64,000 bases of DNA from an uncultured SAR86 cluster bacterium. Lineage in GTDB: Bacteria > Pseudomonadota > Gammaproteobacteria > Magnimaribacterales > D2472. The position numbers and the translations under genes were made by a program. Shown one piece after another: positions 38,647 to 49,000 of this stretch; the first letter of the stretch is position 1, and each line of letters begins with the position of its first letter. The DNA lies in the NCBI GenBank assembly GCA_902558375.1, contig CACEDQ010000006.1:634-64633 (forward strand), read 5' to 3'. The notes beneath the pieces were generated by a model, which worked only from the letters and a program-made list of their open reading frames with translations, was not told the origin of the DNA and did not search any database.

Positions 38647-39536
38647 AAATTATCTACAATTTTTTTAATTTCTTTTATATGTTCAGTTGTTGTTCTACAA
38701 CAACCACCAACAACTGAAGCACCATTTTGTATCCACTGGACAACAAAATCTTTATATTGATCAGGTTTTATATGTTGATGGTTATGATAATGCCACTCAT
38801 CAGAGTCACTCACAAAACCTTCAAGCTTATTTTTTTTATAAATAGATGAATTAGCATATATACCAAAGCTTTTTTCTTTTTTAAGTTTATCTATTGCAAG
38901 ACTTGCTGTATCTGCATGAACACAGTTAACTAACTGACAATCTATATCTAATTTTAATCCTTCTTCGATGGCTAAATCTAATAGTTCGGTACTTGGAAGT
39001 CTATTTAACTTATTGCCTCTTGTGGTCCAGCTCAGCCAAACAATGTCTGAGTAATTTTTTGCAGTTGAGGCAGCTATCGTACCTTCATATATTGATGCCA
39101 TTGTTTCGCAAATAATTACATCAACCTCATTTTTATATATAGATCCTAGTGTGCTATAAAATTTCCTAAGCGTTTTTTCCTTCGAGCTTAAATCTGGTCG
39201 AAAGGTTACATGTATTGGTGGGTAACAACCTGCAATTTTAGTATTAGAACCAGTTTTTATAACTGCCTCTTTGCAAAGTTCGAGAGAGCGTTTTGCTAAG
39301 TCTTCATATGCAGGAGCTGTTGGCTCTCTTTTTAATAATTCTGGAGTTGCCTGATAATTAGATGTAGTTATTACATCAGCACCAGCTTCAATATTATCTA
39401 TGTGAATCTGTTTAATTACTTCTGGATTATGGATCAATGAATATGCAGACCAGATAGATGTTTTAAAACTTGGGAGATACTCGCCTCTATTTTCTAACTC
39501 TGTGCCTAAAGCTGAATCTAAAATTAATGGCTTCAT
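38643..39536 (-). CDS. Homocysteine S-methyltransferase family protein (MmuM/BHMT-like)
   Basis: Zn-ligand motifs 'QLVNCVH' and 'VVGGCCRTTTEHI'. Length is 297 aa. Confidence 0.85.
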   Translation of the reverse strand: MKPLILDSALGTELENRGEYLPSFKTSIWSAYSLIHNPEVIKQIHIDNIEAGADVITTSNYQATPELLKREPTAPAYEDLAKRSLELCKEAVIKTGSNTKIAGCYPPIHVTFRPDLSSKEKTLRKFYSTLGSIYKNEVDVIICETMASIYEGTIAASTAKNYSDIVWLSWTTRGNKLNRLPSTELLDLAIEEGLKLDIDCQLVNCVHADTASLAIDKLKKEKSFGIYANSSIYKKNKLEGFVSDSDEWHYHNHQHIKPDQYKDFVVQWIQNGASVVGGCCRTTTEHIKEIKKIVDNL

Positions 39537-39559
39537 ATTTGTATATGTATGTTTAAAAG

Positions 39560-40243
39560 TTAAAGATTATACTTATTATTAAATTCAATTAGTCTATTTT
39601 TCCATTTTCTTGTAAGAAGGTTAAACTCTGTTGGTCTAACAATAAATTCTTGAAAGATAGCATTTCTATCTACCATTAATATAACAATTTGTTCAATTTT
39701 TGTTCCAAACATTACATTATGCGCATTTGCATAAGCACAACCTTGTAAAAAATAATCTTCAATCCACTCTCTCTTTTTAATCTTTTTTGCAGTTTTAAAA
39801 TCTATAAGAGTTGGAATTCCCTCATATTCACCAACACAGTCAGCAGTACCCGCATATAAATTATCAAGCAATAAGCCAACTTCAAGACCCCATATCTCAG
39901 TAATGCCTTTCAAGCCATCTTTAATAAATTTATCAGAAATTTTTTGAGCTAATAACTGATCATGTGATTCTTTAAAATTATCCCAAGATTTTCCATTTAA
40001 ATAATTTTCAATTGCTTCATGAACAGCAGTTCCTATGTCAGTGCTTTGTTTAATAATTCTTTCAGCTTCTTCTTCACCTACTCTGTTTCTCCATTGAATT
40101 AAACCATCAGCTGATTTTGAGGTTCCAGATAAAACTGTAGTGACACTTGGAACAGGTTTATTGTTGGAATCCAAATAATGACGTCCTGTTTCTAAATCAA
40201 CCCTTTCTAAAGTTGGGTATTTGTATTTGGATTTAACTATCAT
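39560..40243 (-). CDS. PD-(D/E)XK nuclease, RecB/Cas4/phage-exonuclease-like (no Fe-S cysteines)
   Basis: Ordered motifs 'GTAVHE', 'GTADCV' (D), 'LIDFKT' (DxK) and 'LQGCAYA' (QxxxY). Length is 227 aa. Confidence 0.6.
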   Translation of the reverse strand: MIVKSKYKYPTLERVDLETGRHYLDSNNKPVPSVTTVLSGTSKSADGLIQWRNRVGEEEAERIIKQSTDIGTAVHEAIENYLNGKSWDNFKESHDQLLAQKISDKFIKDGLKGITEIWGLEVGLLLDNLYAGTADCVGEYEGIPTLIDFKTAKKIKKREWIEDYFLQGCAYANAHNVMFGTKIEQIVILMVDRNAIFQEFIVRPTEFNLLTRKWKNRLIEFNNKYNL

Positions 40244-41117
40244 TAGAACCCAGAAGCCTAATTAAAGTTCTTTGTAGTTGTTCAGGGTCTTCAAAAAATG
40301 GGAAGTGACCAGTTTCATTTAAGATAAAAATATCTTCATCTAATTGAAGATTTTTTAACAGAACATTTTCTGGATTATATCTAGCAAGTTTATCTTTATC
40401 GCAGAAGATATATTTAACATTACTAAGTTTATTTATTTTTTCGTCGGATAGTCTAAAATTGTTACATGATTTGAGGTCTATTGAGCTTATTTCTTTCTGA
40501 GCTTGATTAAATAATCTCTTTAGAGGATAAAGTTTAATTTCTCGTTCAGGATCAGATTCAACAGTCTTTGTGCCATAAGGGGATTTAATTTGACCCTTAG
40601 TACGGCCATAAAATCCAGACCCTTTAACCCCAAAGCCTTGAGACTTGATTTCAACCTCAGGAAATTTATATACACCATATTTTGTTAAAAACTCAACAGC
40701 CTGATCGAGATTTCCCTTTGCATGTTCAAGTAATATTTCTCCAACTAAAAAAGGATAGGCAATATTGATGCATATTGTCATTTTATTTTTTATTTTTGAT
40801 GATAAATCTAAGGCAACTAAACCTCCCCAGCTATGTCCTGCAATAATTGGGTTATTAAGTTCTAGATTTTCAATTAACTGGTTACAAAAATTAGTATGTC
40901 CTTCTACATCATAAATTAATGGACCAGTTGTATAACCATGGCCTGGAAGATCCAGGGCAATCAAATTATATTTATCTTCGATAGAATCAAGTTTAAACAT
41001 AGACAGAGTTCTATGATCCATGCCAGCGCCAGGTATAAAAATAAAATTTTCCTTAGAAGAATCTAATTTATTTTGTATAAAAACATGAGCTTTATGATCT
41101 TTAAGCTGAATAAACAT
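40233..41117 (-). CDS. Alpha/beta hydrolase
   Basis: Contains 'FIPGAGMDH' and the nucleophile elbow 'GHSWGG'. 'TGHFPFFEDP' supplies the C-terminal His. Confidence 0.8.
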   Translation of the reverse strand: MFIQLKDHKAHVFIQNKLDSSKENFIFIPGAGMDHRTLSMFKLDSIEDKYNLIALDLPGHGYTTGPLIYDVEGHTNFCNQLIENLELNNPIIAGHSWGGLVALDLSSKIKNKMTICINIAYPFLVGEILLEHAKGNLDQAVEFLTKYGVYKFPEVEIKSQGFGVKGSGFYGRTKGQIKSPYGTKTVESDPEREIKLYPLKRLFNQAQKEISSIDLKSCNNFRLSDEKINKLSNVKYIFCDKDKLARYNPENVLLKNLQLDEDIFILNETGHFPFFEDPEQLQRTLIRLLGSNDS

Positions 41118-41128
41118 TAAATAAGATT

Positions 41129-42019
41129 TTATAGTTGTTTAATATAATTTAATAAATAATTATATGATGAAATTTTATTAACTTCTGTAAAAACTTCATG
41201 TCTTGAGTTGTTAATAACTTTAAAGGTTATATTAACAAACTTAGTTTTTAAGAAATTAGCTAATACTTTAGCAAGCTTTGCATTAGCTGAGGCTGCGTCA
41301 TACTCTCCAGACATAATTAAAATTGGGATTTTATAGTTTGTATCAGAGTAATATTTTCTTTTAAAGATGGATAATAATCCATGACATAAATCCAACCACA
41401 AACCTGATTTAACTATAAATCCACATTGCTTATCATTAGTATAATTATCCACACTCTTATGATCACTTGAAATCCAGTCATTATTGGTTCTATTTGGTTT
41501 ATATTGAGAATTAAATCTACCTATAGTTATGTTATGAATAAATTTACTTTCGTTAAACCTTCCTTTAAATAAAATATTAAGTTTTATAATAATTAGATTA
41601 AGTATTATTGATATCTTTGGTAATTTTGATGAGCCTGTCAGAATAAGGCCACTAATGGGTTGTTTGGTATTAAGTGTAGATAGTGCTATCCATGATCCCA
41701 TACTATGGCCTAATAAAAAACAATCAATGTTAGGATATTGACTGTTAACATATTCAATTGTTTCTACCAGATCATTTCTAACCTTAAGCCATCCATCATT
41801 ATCAGAAAAATATCCTTGGTCTTTTCTATTTCTAATATTTCTACCATGACCTCTATGATCTCTAGAAATTACATGATAGCCATCTGAATTTAATTTGGAA
41901 ATTAGCCAATTATATCTACCCAAATGTTCAGCCATACCATGACTTATAATGAAAACTCCTTTGGGTACAGAATCTGATAAATAGTGATTATAAAGACTAT
42001 TAGTCATTCGTTTATCCAT
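41129..42019 (-). CDS. Alpha/beta hydrolase, lysophospholipase/monoglyceride-lipase-like
   Basis: Contains 'ISHGMAEH', 'RDHRGHG', 'GHSMGS' and a late 'SRHEVF'. Confidence 0.8.
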   Translation of the reverse strand: MDKRMTNSLYNHYLSDSVPKGVFIISHGMAEHLGRYNWLISKLNSDGYHVISRDHRGHGRNIRNRKDQGYFSDNDGWLKVRNDLVETIEYVNSQYPNIDCFLLGHSMGSWIALSTLNTKQPISGLILTGSSKLPKISIILNLIIIKLNILFKGRFNESKFIHNITIGRFNSQYKPNRTNNDWISSDHKSVDNYTNDKQCGFIVKSGLWLDLCHGLLSIFKRKYYSDTNYKIPILIMSGEYDAASANAKLAKVLANFLKTKFVNITFKVINNSRHEVFTEVNKISSYNYLLNYIKQL

Positions 42020-42064
42020 AATTTATAATAATCGTATTGTATTTTAGTTAAAATTAAAAATATT

Positions 42065-43180
42065 ATGCATAACATACATATTGCTGGGACAGGTCTTTGG
42101 TATCCAGAAGAAAAAATTACCAATGAAGAACTTGTAAATACTTACAATACATACGTTGAAAAGTTCAATACTGAAAATAAATCAAAAATCAATGATGGCA
42201 GTGTCATTCCGATGGAGTACTCGTCTGTTGAATTTATAGAGAAAGCATCTGGAATTAAATCGAGACATGTCGTAGACAAAGAAGGTATTTTAGATATAAA
42301 TAGAATGATGCCTAGAGTTCAAAATGAGCTAGAGGGTAGAATGTCTGCTCATGTAGAGGCTGGAATTAAAGCTTCCCTAGATGCTATGAAACAAGCTAAT
42401 GTAACCCCAGAACAGATAGATGGTGTTATTGTTGGAACTTCTCATTCAGCAAGGAATTATCCAGCTATTGCAATAGAAATACAAAATGAATTAAATATAA
42501 AAGGCTATGCATACGATATGCTTGTTGGTTGTTCATCAACTACATTTGCAATAAATAATGCTTTTAGTGACATTGCATCAGGTCTTGCCGAAACAATTTT
42601 AGTTGTTAATCCGGAAATTAATACTCCTGGTGTTGATTTCACCCGTAGAGATAATCATTTTATTTTTGGAGATGGGTGTGCTGCCTCAGTAATTCAAAAA
42701 AATAGTAAATCTCAAAAAGCATTTAAGATTCTTGATAGAAAACTATACACTCAATTTTCGAACAATATTAGAAGTAATTTTAGTTATTTAAATAGAGCTG
42801 CAGTTGATAGAGTTAATGAAGACAAGTTAATGTTTAATCAAAATGGAAGAGGTGTTTTTAAAGATGTATGCCCTCTTGTTGCATCATTAATAAAAGAACA
42901 ACTTAACAAAAATAATATTCTTCCAAATCAAATTTCAAAATTTTGGTTACATCAAGCGAATGGCAAGATGATTAGATTAATAACGTCAAAAATTCTAGGT
43001 ACAGATGATTTCCCTGATGATATAAGCCCAATGCCAATTGCTCAATTTGGTAACCTGGCTTCAGTAGGTTCATTATTTGCTTTCAATTTAAATAATGATC
43101 TTAATAAAGGAGATAAAGGAGTTATCTGTTCTTTTGGTGCTGGCTACTCAGTGTGTTCAATAATTGTTGAAAAAATATAA
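42065..43180 (+). CDS. Beta-ketoacyl-ACP synthase III family (long FabH-like KAS III)
   Basis: Cys-His-Asn triad contexts 'VGCSSTTFA', 'WLHQANGKMI' and 'FGNLASVGS'. It is 371 aa, versus about 317 aa in E. coli FabH. Confidence 0.8.
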   Translation: MHNIHIAGTGLWYPEEKITNEELVNTYNTYVEKFNTENKSKINDGSVIPMEYSSVEFIEKASGIKSRHVVDKEGILDINRMMPRVQNELEGRMSAHVEAGIKASLDAMKQANVTPEQIDGVIVGTSHSARNYPAIAIEIQNELNIKGYAYDMLVGCSSTTFAINNAFSDIASGLAETILVVNPEINTPGVDFTRRDNHFIFGDGCAASVIQKNSKSQKAFKILDRKLYTQFSNNIRSNFSYLNRAAVDRVNEDKLMFNQNGRGVFKDVCPLVASLIKEQLNKNNILPNQISKFWLHQANGKMIRLITSKILGTDDFPDDISPMPIAQFGNLASVGSLFAFNLNNDLNKGDKGVICSFGAGYSVCSIIVEKI

Positions 43181-43224
43181 AAATTTATCTAACCATAAAG
43201 ACTTAAAGTAACTATAATACACGC

Positions 43225-43368
43225 ATGGGTGAATATGACGCAATATGGGTATTTATTATTAGTGCAATTTTTGTTGGCTTTTACATATTTATTGAAGCAA
43301 GACCCAAAGGATCTACATTCACAAAAGATATAGCATCAACCATTTCTAGATTTTTCAGAAAAAGATAA
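43225..43368 (+). CDS. Possible small membrane protein (47 aa); not in the ORF track
   Basis: MGEYDAIWVFIISAIFVGFYIFIEARPKG... A TATAAT box ends 6 nt before the ATG, so the mRNA could be leaderless. The stop lies 2 nt before the TTG start of tspO. Confidence 0.3.
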   Translation: MGEYDAIWVFIISAIFVGFYIFIEARPKGSTFTKDIASTISRFFRKR

Positions 43369-43370
43369 TT

Positions 43371-43811
43371 TTGTTCTTACCAAGATATTCTATTTTTATA
43401 TTTACATTTATAGCGCTTATTATTGGTAGCCTTTCATCAACTGAAACTGCTACAGATCCCTGGTATCAAGGTCTTATAAAATCCAACCTAAACCCTCCAG
43501 GTTATGTCTTTGGAATAGTATGGCCAATACTATATGTATTGATGTCTATTGCTGCATTTAGAACATTCAATAACACAAAAAATTTATTTTTAACCCAATT
43601 ACTATTCAATGCTTTATGGTCTTGGTTATTTTTTGCTTTTCAAATGCCTTTTGTAGCATTATTAGATATATGGTTGCTAATTTATCTAAACATAAAGATA
43701 AATTTAAAAATGTTCTATCAAGATAAATTATCGGGTTTTTTATTTATTCCATATGTTCTATGGTTATTTTTTGCATCTTATCTAAATTTATTTATTGTTT
43801 TAAATAATTAA
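43371..43811 (+). CDS. tspO: TspO/MBR family tryptophan-rich sensory protein (TTG start)
   Basis: Contains 'NLNPPGYVFGIVWPILYVLMSIAAF' and 'LFNALWSWLFF'. It has 5 TM helices and is 146 aa long. Confidence 0.8.
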   Translation: MFLPRYSIFIFTFIALIIGSLSSTETATDPWYQGLIKSNLNPPGYVFGIVWPILYVLMSIAAFRTFNNTKNLFLTQLLFNALWSWLFFAFQMPFVALLDIWLLIYLNIKINLKMFYQDKLSGFLFIPYVLWLFFASYLNLFIVLNN

Positions 43812-45058
43812 ATAAAACAACCAACAACCAGCCCTGTCATACATGATGCTAATGTTGCAGCAACAAGAGCTTTAAATGATACTTTAATTAAATCATCTTT
43901 CCTTTCAGGAGCCATAGCTCCAATACCAGAAATCAATATGCCAACTGAAGAGAAGTTTGCAAAACCACATAAGCTATAAAAAGCAATAAGCTTTGATCTT
44001 TCTGACAAAACTCCATCTTCTAAAGATGCAAGAGCGGGATAAGCAACAAACTCATTTAATGTTGTTTTTAACCCCAATAATTCACCAGCAATTATAGCTT
44101 CGTCCCAAGGGATTCCCATTAACCAAGTTATAGGTGCAAATAAATAACCTAGAATCATCTCTATAGATAAAGTAATTCCAATATAACCGCCTAATAGAGA
44201 AAGGAATGAATTTGCTATATAAACAAGTGCTATAACAGCTATAAGTATAGTCCCAACACTTACAGCTATATTTGAACCTTGAGCTGTACCTGTCGTGATA
44301 GCATCCATAGTACTTTTGTAAACTTTAGTATTAGAACTTTCTGATGAGTCAGTTATTTCATTTGAAGGAATCATAATGTTCGCATACATTATTGCTGCTG
44401 GTACTGATAAAACAGAGGCAGTTAAAAAATGTTGTATCAAGTTAACAGATGCAAATTGCACTTCAAGTATTGAAATTAAAGCTACCATTACTGACCCTGC
44501 TACTGTAGCCATGCCCGCTGTCATAAGTATTAATAATTCTTTATTCGATAGCTTGCTTACATAAGGTTTGATCAGTAAGGGAGCTTCAACTTGTCCAATA
44601 AATACATTAGCAGCAGCACCTAAGCCAACAGGACCGCCAATATTAAATAGCTTTTGACATGCTTTTGAAATTAAATTCACAATAAATGGGAGTACGCCCC
44701 AATACCAAAGTATTGCAGAAATACATGACATAACAATAATGTATGGCAAAACACCAAATGCAAATGTTTCTAATAAGGATCTATATACAGAATCACTATC
44801 AGAGGGTGGGTATCCAAATACAAAGCTTGCGCCTTCAACGGTAGCATTTTGTAAAATAGTTACTCCATTACCAAGTAGCTCAAAAAAACTAATAATAAAT
44901 GGAACCTTTAAAAGAACTGCCGCTAAAATTAGTTGCGATAATATTCCATAAAAAATATATCTATAATTAATAATTTTATAGTTGTTAGAAAATGGTACTG
45001 CTAAAAGAATTAAGCCAACAAAGCCTATTATTATGTGGAGAATATTAAATGCAGACAT
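43808..45058 (-). CDS. NupC/CNT family concentrative nucleoside transporter
   Basis: 416 aa polytopic protein. The C-terminal 'LCGFANFSSVGILISGIG' is typical of the CNT family. Confidence 0.85.
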   Translation of the reverse strand: MSAFNILHIIIGFVGLILLAVPFSNNYKIINYRYIFYGILSQLILAAVLLKVPFIISFFELLGNGVTILQNATVEGASFVFGYPPSDSDSVYRSLLETFAFGVLPYIIVMSCISAILWYWGVLPFIVNLISKACQKLFNIGGPVGLGAAANVFIGQVEAPLLIKPYVSKLSNKELLILMTAGMATVAGSVMVALISILEVQFASVNLIQHFLTASVLSVPAAIMYANIMIPSNEITDSSESSNTKVYKSTMDAITTGTAQGSNIAVSVGTILIAVIALVYIANSFLSLLGGYIGITLSIEMILGYLFAPITWLMGIPWDEAIIAGELLGLKTTLNEFVAYPALASLEDGVLSERSKLIAFYSLCGFANFSSVGILISGIGAMAPERKDDLIKVSFKALVAATLASCMTGLVVGCFI

Positions 45059-45062
45059 AGAA

Positions 45063-45962
45063 TTAGTATAACTTAATAGCCTTTAATCTTTCATCTAAAA
45101 AATCGTGAGCTAAAACACCTTCATCCCCATCATTAAAGACAGATTTTAAAATTGTATCCGGAGATGGATGCATAAAAAATGGAATACTATATCTGGACTT
45201 CATTTCGTCAGTTTTGTATTTAACTACTCTATGGGGAGTGCTTTTGAGTCTTTTATCAGTAACTAACTGCATCATATCACCAATATTACACACAATATCT
45301 TCATACGAAGAGCTAACTGGAATCCAATTATCTGATTTATCTTTAACCTCTAATCCAGGCTCATTTGCACCAATAAGCAATGTAATAAGATTTATATCAG
45401 CATGCTCTCTAGCTCTATACATATTAGTGTTATTTGAAGGTGGATAATGAATTAGCCTAAGTAATGAATTACCTTTTTCTGTTGATTTATTAAAAAAATC
45501 TTCTGAAAGCTCAAGCGTTAAGGCAATAGATGAAAGCAATTTCATCCCTAGATTATTCATCTCATCAAAAAGAGTATCAAAAACATTATTAAAATTTTTA
45601 ATCTCATTTACAGTTATATTTTCCATAATTCTACTGTCAAACGATTCATCGATTATCGGTCCATGATGCCAAAATTCTTTAAGATCGGGTACGGTTTCAC
45701 CCAATGCTGTTTCTTTTCCAAATGGCGTATAACCTCTAGCACCAGCGGATTCTCTAAAAGAATATGAATTTTTTATCTCATCAGACAGATTAAAAAATTT
45801 TTCCGAATATTCATATGCTAGGTTAAATAACTCGTGTGAGATTCCATGATTGGTAATTACAAAAAAACCATGATTACTTAAAGCATTAGAAAGTAATGAT
45901 ATTGAATCATCGTCATTATCCAATAGCTTGTTAAGTGATATTTTTGGAATATTTTTATCCAT
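45063..45962 (-). CDS. 2-oxoglutarate/Fe(II)-dependent oxygenase (IPNS/ACCO-like family)
   Basis: The HxD motif is in 'REHADINLITLL' and the distal His is in 'STPHRVV'. The RxS motif is in 'RYSIPFF'. I prefer the ATG at 45962 over the TTG at 45977, which lies in the terminator A-tract. Confidence 0.8.
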   Translation of the reverse strand: MDKNIPKISLNKLLDNDDDSISLLSNALSNHGFFVITNHGISHELFNLAYEYSEKFFNLSDEIKNSYSFRESAGARGYTPFGKETALGETVPDLKEFWHHGPIIDESFDSRIMENITVNEIKNFNNVFDTLFDEMNNLGMKLLSSIALTLELSEDFFNKSTEKGNSLLRLIHYPPSNNTNMYRAREHADINLITLLIGANEPGLEVKDKSDNWIPVSSSYEDIVCNIGDMMQLVTDKRLKSTPHRVVKYKTDEMKSRYSIPFFMHPSPDTILKSVFNDGDEGVLAHDFLDERLKAIKLY

Positions 45963-45975
45963 AATTAATTTTAAC

Positions 45976-46005
45976 AAAAAAAAAGGCAGTAAAACTGCCT
46001 TTTTT
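45976..46005 (-). terminator. Rho-independent (bidirectional-looking) terminator downstream of the TBDR gene
   Basis: GGCAGT-AAA-ACTGCC hairpin flanked by an A9 tract and a T6 tract. On the minus strand the hairpin is followed by T9. Confidence 0.7.
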
Positions 46006-46022
46006 AAATTTAGAAAATACTA

Positions 46023-49000
46023 TTAAAATTTGTATGTGAATCCTAATTGCATTCTATATCTTGAAGCATAACTATCAATACTTGGACCTCTAGTATCAGT
46101 ACCAGTAATAATAATCCTACCTTGACTATCTAAACCGTCAGAGTCAAGTAAAGCCCTTGTATTATATCTCTGATAGTATGCATGACCTTTATCTTCATTT
46201 ATAAAGTTCATAACATTCAATAAGTCAAAATAAATTACTAATTTATGATCCATGATTGAAGGAATTTCTTGAGAGATTCTTAGGTCAAGTTGACGTGTAT
46301 ATGGCAGTTTTCCAGAATTAGCAATTACGTGCTGACCAGCAGCACCAATTCCTGCTACTGCAGAAAGTACCTCACCTTCAGTAACACCACTATAAACAAC
46401 ATTTGGATCTCCTGCTGTTGGTATATAAAGTAGAGTACTTCCATCATCATAACCATCATCAATTCCATCAAAGACATAACTGAATCTTCTTCCAGAGTAT
46501 GCTTTGTAGAATAATGAGAACTTAGTTGGCGCATTAGCAAACCAGTTAGCAGTATAGTTCAATCCAGCAACCAGTCTATGCTCAACTGCCCACGGTGTTT
46601 TTCCAACACCAACGTTCATTAAATCAACTCTTGGCATATATTCTAAATTAGATGAAAGCTGGGACGATGTTCCCTGCCAACCTGATTGTGCATCAAGTCC
46701 TGTATAACTAGCGAAGACATCTAGTCCGTTATCAAAATCTTTATCCATTGATAAAGTAATTGAGTCAGAACTTGTACCCTCTGCATTAGTTACGTAGAAA
46801 GCGTATTTAGAATCGTAAGTTACGATACCTGTTTTACCAATTTGATCAACAGTAGCTGAAGCATCAGAGAACCCTATGCCGTCTTCAGAGTCATCTCTGT
46901 TATATGCAACTTTAAAGTTGTAACCATTCATAGTAGTTAAAAGAAGTTCTAAGTTAAGCTTCCATGTTGAAGGTGTATCATATGCCGGATCTATCCCTTG
47001 AGCTGAACTAGTACTAGCAAATTCAGAATACGGGAAATCTTGATAAATTGTTTCAGGAGCTTTGAAACATGTTCTATCACCAGGTGTTTGACATGGAGAG
47101 TAATATCTTGAACCATATTGAACAACACCAGAGTTAGCAAATGGACTTGCTAGCCATACATTTGGAACTCTACCAGCAAATAAACCATAACCACCTCTTA
47201 TTTCAGCAGAGACAATTCTATCACCACTAAATATATTTAAATCAGATGCATCTAACTGGAAACCAAATCTAGGCTGAAGGACGCTTGTACTTGCAGGCGT
47301 ATCATTTCTAAAGCCAAGAAGTCCTGATCCATAATCATTATATGCAGGACCCATATCCATTTCGAAACTATCATATCTAAGACCATAATTAATTGTTAAA
47401 TTATCAGTCATATAGTACTTATCTTGTATATAGAATGTTTCGAATGTTCCGCTAAATCCAGCCATTGCATAATACGGATCACCAGTTGCAGATTTATTAA
47501 ATCTAAAGAATGAAGGAATACCAGCGTAATAGTTATCGACACCTTTAAATTGGTATGCACCATTTTCTCTTGATATAAATAAATTACCTAGTCTTTTATC
47601 GATAGTGTCATAACCAACCGTAATTTCATGATCGCCCATTGTGTAAACTGCTTTTAAGTTGAGTATCTCGTCAAAAGCAAAACCTTCGTTGGCACTTCTA
47701 TATTTATCTGGACCTAGGAATATTGATTCTCTAGCTCCGGATGTGTATGAGCCATCAGGGGCAGTAATTCTTATCTCAACGTGTGGGAAGTCTTCACCAC
47801 CAAGAGCGTCTTGGTCATTAGCCCATTCAACCTCAGAATATTTAACTTGAACATATAGATTATCTGAAATATCCCCATAATATGCATATGTATCTTTTTC
47901 AGTCATAGCTGGGTAATTGTAATAGTGTGAACTAAATCTAATATCATAGTTATATGGTCTCACAGTATTATCGTTAGAATAACTGTATACATATTCAAGT
48001 CTGTGACTGTCGTTTATATAATAATCAAGCTTATACATTTCTTTTTCAGCCAGCTCTGGAGGCGGCAAGAAAGACGTAGTTCCAGGATCGTATCCATATA
48101 AAGCTTGTGTTTGGGCTGCAATTTCATCAATTAAAGCCTGAGTTGCGATTCTATATGTATATGGCTCAGCAGGTGTTACAGACTCAAACTCTTCGTATGA
48201 AGCAAAGAAAAACAATTTATCTTTAATAATTGGGCCGCCTAGTACAGCACCAATTGTTTCATCAGCGAACTGACTTGCTTTTTGACCATTGAGTTTTCCT
48301 ACGTTATCTTGATCTGTTTTATATCTATAAACAGCACCTTTGAACTCATTTGTACCAGATTTGGTTACAGCATTTATACTTGCCCCAGTGAAATTACCTT
48401 TTGAAACATCGAAAGGACTAATATCTACCTGAATTTGCTCAATAGTTTCGATACTTATAGGGTTTCTAACTGATGGAAATCCATTGGCATTAAGACCAAG
48501 TTGGTCATTTTGTTCAATACCATCAACTGTGAAGTTATTATATCTATTGTTAGTTCCGGAAACAGAGATCGTGGCATTTCTAGAAGTACCCTCAACAAAA
48601 ATTCTGGAATCTCTTTTCACGTAATCTGATATTGATCTCTCAATACTTGGTATATTTTCAATATCTTGAGATGTAACTGCTAAAGATGTCTGAACAGAAG
48701 ATGATTTAGTACCAGTAACAACAACATCATCAATACCTGAAGATGAAGTCATATTAACAGTAAGTCTTGCAGTCTCTGAAACAGTAAGATAAACATTATC
48801 AAGTGTTTCTGTGACATATCCTGATTTTGAAATCGTTATTTTGTATGGTCCACCAGGTTTTAAGTTACCAACTGAAAAAACACCATTTTCATCTGATGAT
48901 GTAGTTTTGCTTATCCCAGTAGCAACATTTGTAACAACAACAGTAGCTTGAGAAACACCCGCGTCACCCCTTAAGGCAGACGTAGTATCATTCGAAGCAT

